64,000 nucleotides of DNA, taken from an uncultured Alphaproteobacteria bacterium. GTDB lineage: Bacteria > Pseudomonadota > Alphaproteobacteria > Rhodobacterales > Rhodobacteraceae. Positions within the stretch are counted from its first letter, which is position 1; each line of letters opens with the position of its first letter. The position numbers and the translations under genes were made by a program. The notes under the pieces are model-generated. The model worked only from the letters and a program-made list of their open reading frames with translations, searched no databases and was not told the DNA's origin. The DNA lies in NCBI GenBank assembly GCA_963714615.1, contig CAVQOV010000010.1, positions 440,106 to 504,105 on the forward strand, in the 5' to 3' direction. Positions 62,700-64,000 of this stretch are shown here, piece by piece.

Positions 62700-63236
62700 A
62701 GCCGCGATCGCCGTGCATGCCTGGCCGCCGCGTATGTCGCCACGTTCGCTGATCACCATCGCGACCGGCCCATCCGACCGCGTTCCTGCATGGCGGCGAA
62801 TTCCTCGGCCGAGATCGCGCCATCGTCATCCGCGTCCAGCACGCATGAACATCCGCGACCCGGCATTGCTCGGCCATCTCGGCCTCGCTCAGCATGCCAT
62901 CGCCGTCGCTGTCGCGCCATTCGATCATCCGCGCCATCCGCGGCAGCGGCCCGCTTCTGCGGCACGCGCAGCCACGGCGGCGGTCAGTTCCTCGGCGGAC
63001 AATTTGCCGTCAGCCGTTGGTGTCGGTTTCGGCAAAACGCGGCAGAACGTGCGCGCCTTGACTTCGGCAATCGTGATGCTGCCGTCGCCGTCGCTATCGA
63101 GTTCCTGAAACGTCGGGCGCTCGCCCATACCGCCCATTGGCCCGGCACCGCGGCTGTCTGCATTCGCGACTCCAAGCGCCAGTCCCGCAACAGCGGCTAC
63201 AGCAAGGCTTCCCAAAACGATCTTCTTCATAGTCAA
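62700..63236 (-). pseudogene. secreted EF-hand calcium-binding protein with at least 3 EF-hand loops; in three frames
   Basis: Signal MKKIVLGSLAVAAVAGLALGVANA; loops DSDGDGSITIAE, DADDDGAISAEE, DSDGDGMLSEAE in ORFs 62925-63236, 62753-62965, 62698-62937. Confidence 0.6.
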
Positions 63237-63445
63237 CTCCTATTCTGGTTTCTGCCTGACGCGCGGCCCCATTCGACCACCCGTTCTGATGTTAAAACGC
63301 GGCCTGCCGAGTTTTCCGTCGCGCCCGGAGTAAGATTTTCTAGCGCGGCCTTTGCGACATCCCGACGCAAGGACACTTCGCCTCCTTCTATCGGGGCCAT
63401 GAATGCTTACTCTTGGGGTTCTCCTTGAAAGGTGCGATATTTCCG

Positions 63446-63830
63446 ATGATGACCGACCAACTGCCCCTGCCCGACGACCGAGAACTACGCCCCGCTCTGT
63501 TGCGCGGCTGGCGCCGGCGTTGCCCGAACTGCGGGTCGGGCCCGATGCTCAAGGGCTATCTGCAGGTGCGCGACGCATGTGCGGTCTGCGGCGAGGCGAT
63601 GCACCACCACCGCGCCGATGATGGCCCGGCGTACCTTACGATCCTGATCGTCGGGCCATATCATGGCGCCTTCGATCCTAATCGTATTCACCGCGTTTCG
63701 CCCCGAACCAATGGTGCTTTTCACCGGATTTCGCGATTGGCTGCGTCGCGCTGTCGCTGTATCTGTTGCCAAGGCTGAAGGGCCTGATGGTGGCCTTTCA
63801 GTGGGCCCGGCGGATGCACGGCTTCACCTG
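63446..63830 (+). pseudogene. DUF983-family zinc-ribbon membrane protein; frameshift ~63655
   Basis: MMTDQLP...[51 protein letters not shown] then hydrophobic continuation ...[36 protein letters not shown] in another frame. Confidence 0.6.
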
Positions 63831-63860
63831 AAGCCCCGCCCGCCCGGTGAAGGAACGTCG

Positions 63861-64000
63861 ATGACCCAGACCCCGATCCGCGATGCCGCCACGATAATCA
63901 TCGTGCGTGACGTGGCCACCGCACCCAAGATCCTGATGGGCCAGCGCGGTGCCAAGGCCGCCTTCATGCCCAACAAGTTCGTCTTTCCCGGCGGCGCTGT
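63861..64000 (+). CDS. NUDIX hydrolase (CoA pyrophosphatase-like), N-terminal part; continues beyond window
   Basis: [45 protein letters not shown]...; DUF983 plus NUDIX adjacency is common in alphaproteobacteria. Confidence 0.55.
   Translation, partial: MTQTPIRDAATIIIVRDVATAPKILMGQRGAKAAFMPNKFVFPGGA

Noticed and set aside
1-64000. Mobile elements, integrases, transposases, prophage or defence systems (RM, TA, CRISPR, CBASS etc.)
   Set aside because: No ORF fragment with recognisable transposase/integrase/phage or defence signatures was seen. GC content is uniform except for short intergenic dips.

Overview
High-GC (~64%) alphaproteobacterial chromosome segment. Gene content (TctABC, DUF1127, ProVW, H-NOX/diguanylate-cyclase pair, MttB-family methyltransferase, SmoC-like SorC regulator) points to Rhodobacteraceae. 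I recognise about 75 features: housekeeping genes (rpmG, RNase P RNA rnpB, gatCA, tadA, dtd, rluB-like, YebC), many transporters (ProVW, two SLC13/TrkA-C permeases, MgtE, TctCBA, sugar ABC, AGCS, DMT), a guanine/8-oxoguanine deaminase pair, a pentitol-type catabolic cluster (AraC, ABC transporter, SDR dehydrogenase, FGGY pentulose kinase, GH4 glycosidase), c-di-GMP signalling genes (hnoX-DGC, PleD-like), and an ECF sigma/anti-sigma/Spy-like/EF-hand envelope module. I found no CRISPR array, tRNA, rRNA, transposase or prophage genes. Most interesting is a tight same-strand cluster at 26.8-33.1 kb: TerC, XpaC, TelA, a lipoprotein, an SPFH/Band-7 protein with a GAGMG linker and a GYF-like C-terminus (YdjI-like), and a double zinc-ribbon membrane-anchored protein, with a convergent Hsp20. 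This looks like a composite membrane-stress/toxic-anion module that, as far as I know, has not been described as a unit. The second notable observation is that roughly 30 of about 70 genes are interrupted by single-base indels (about 1 per kb, locally 8 in 740 bp), with codon sense conserved and almost no nonsense substitutions. That pattern looks technical, or like mismatch-repair-deficient homopolymer slippage, rather than ordinary gene decay. I annotate those genes as pseudogene, meaning disrupted as sequenced. Other items: a remnant of a polyol (smo/mtlK-like) operon next to its intact-looking regulator, a repeated intergenic hairpin + GGCGGGGATATTT element, a 600-bp lower-GC gap with a triple GAAATGTTGTAY motif, a 58-aa lipoprotein and rnpB missed by the ORF track.
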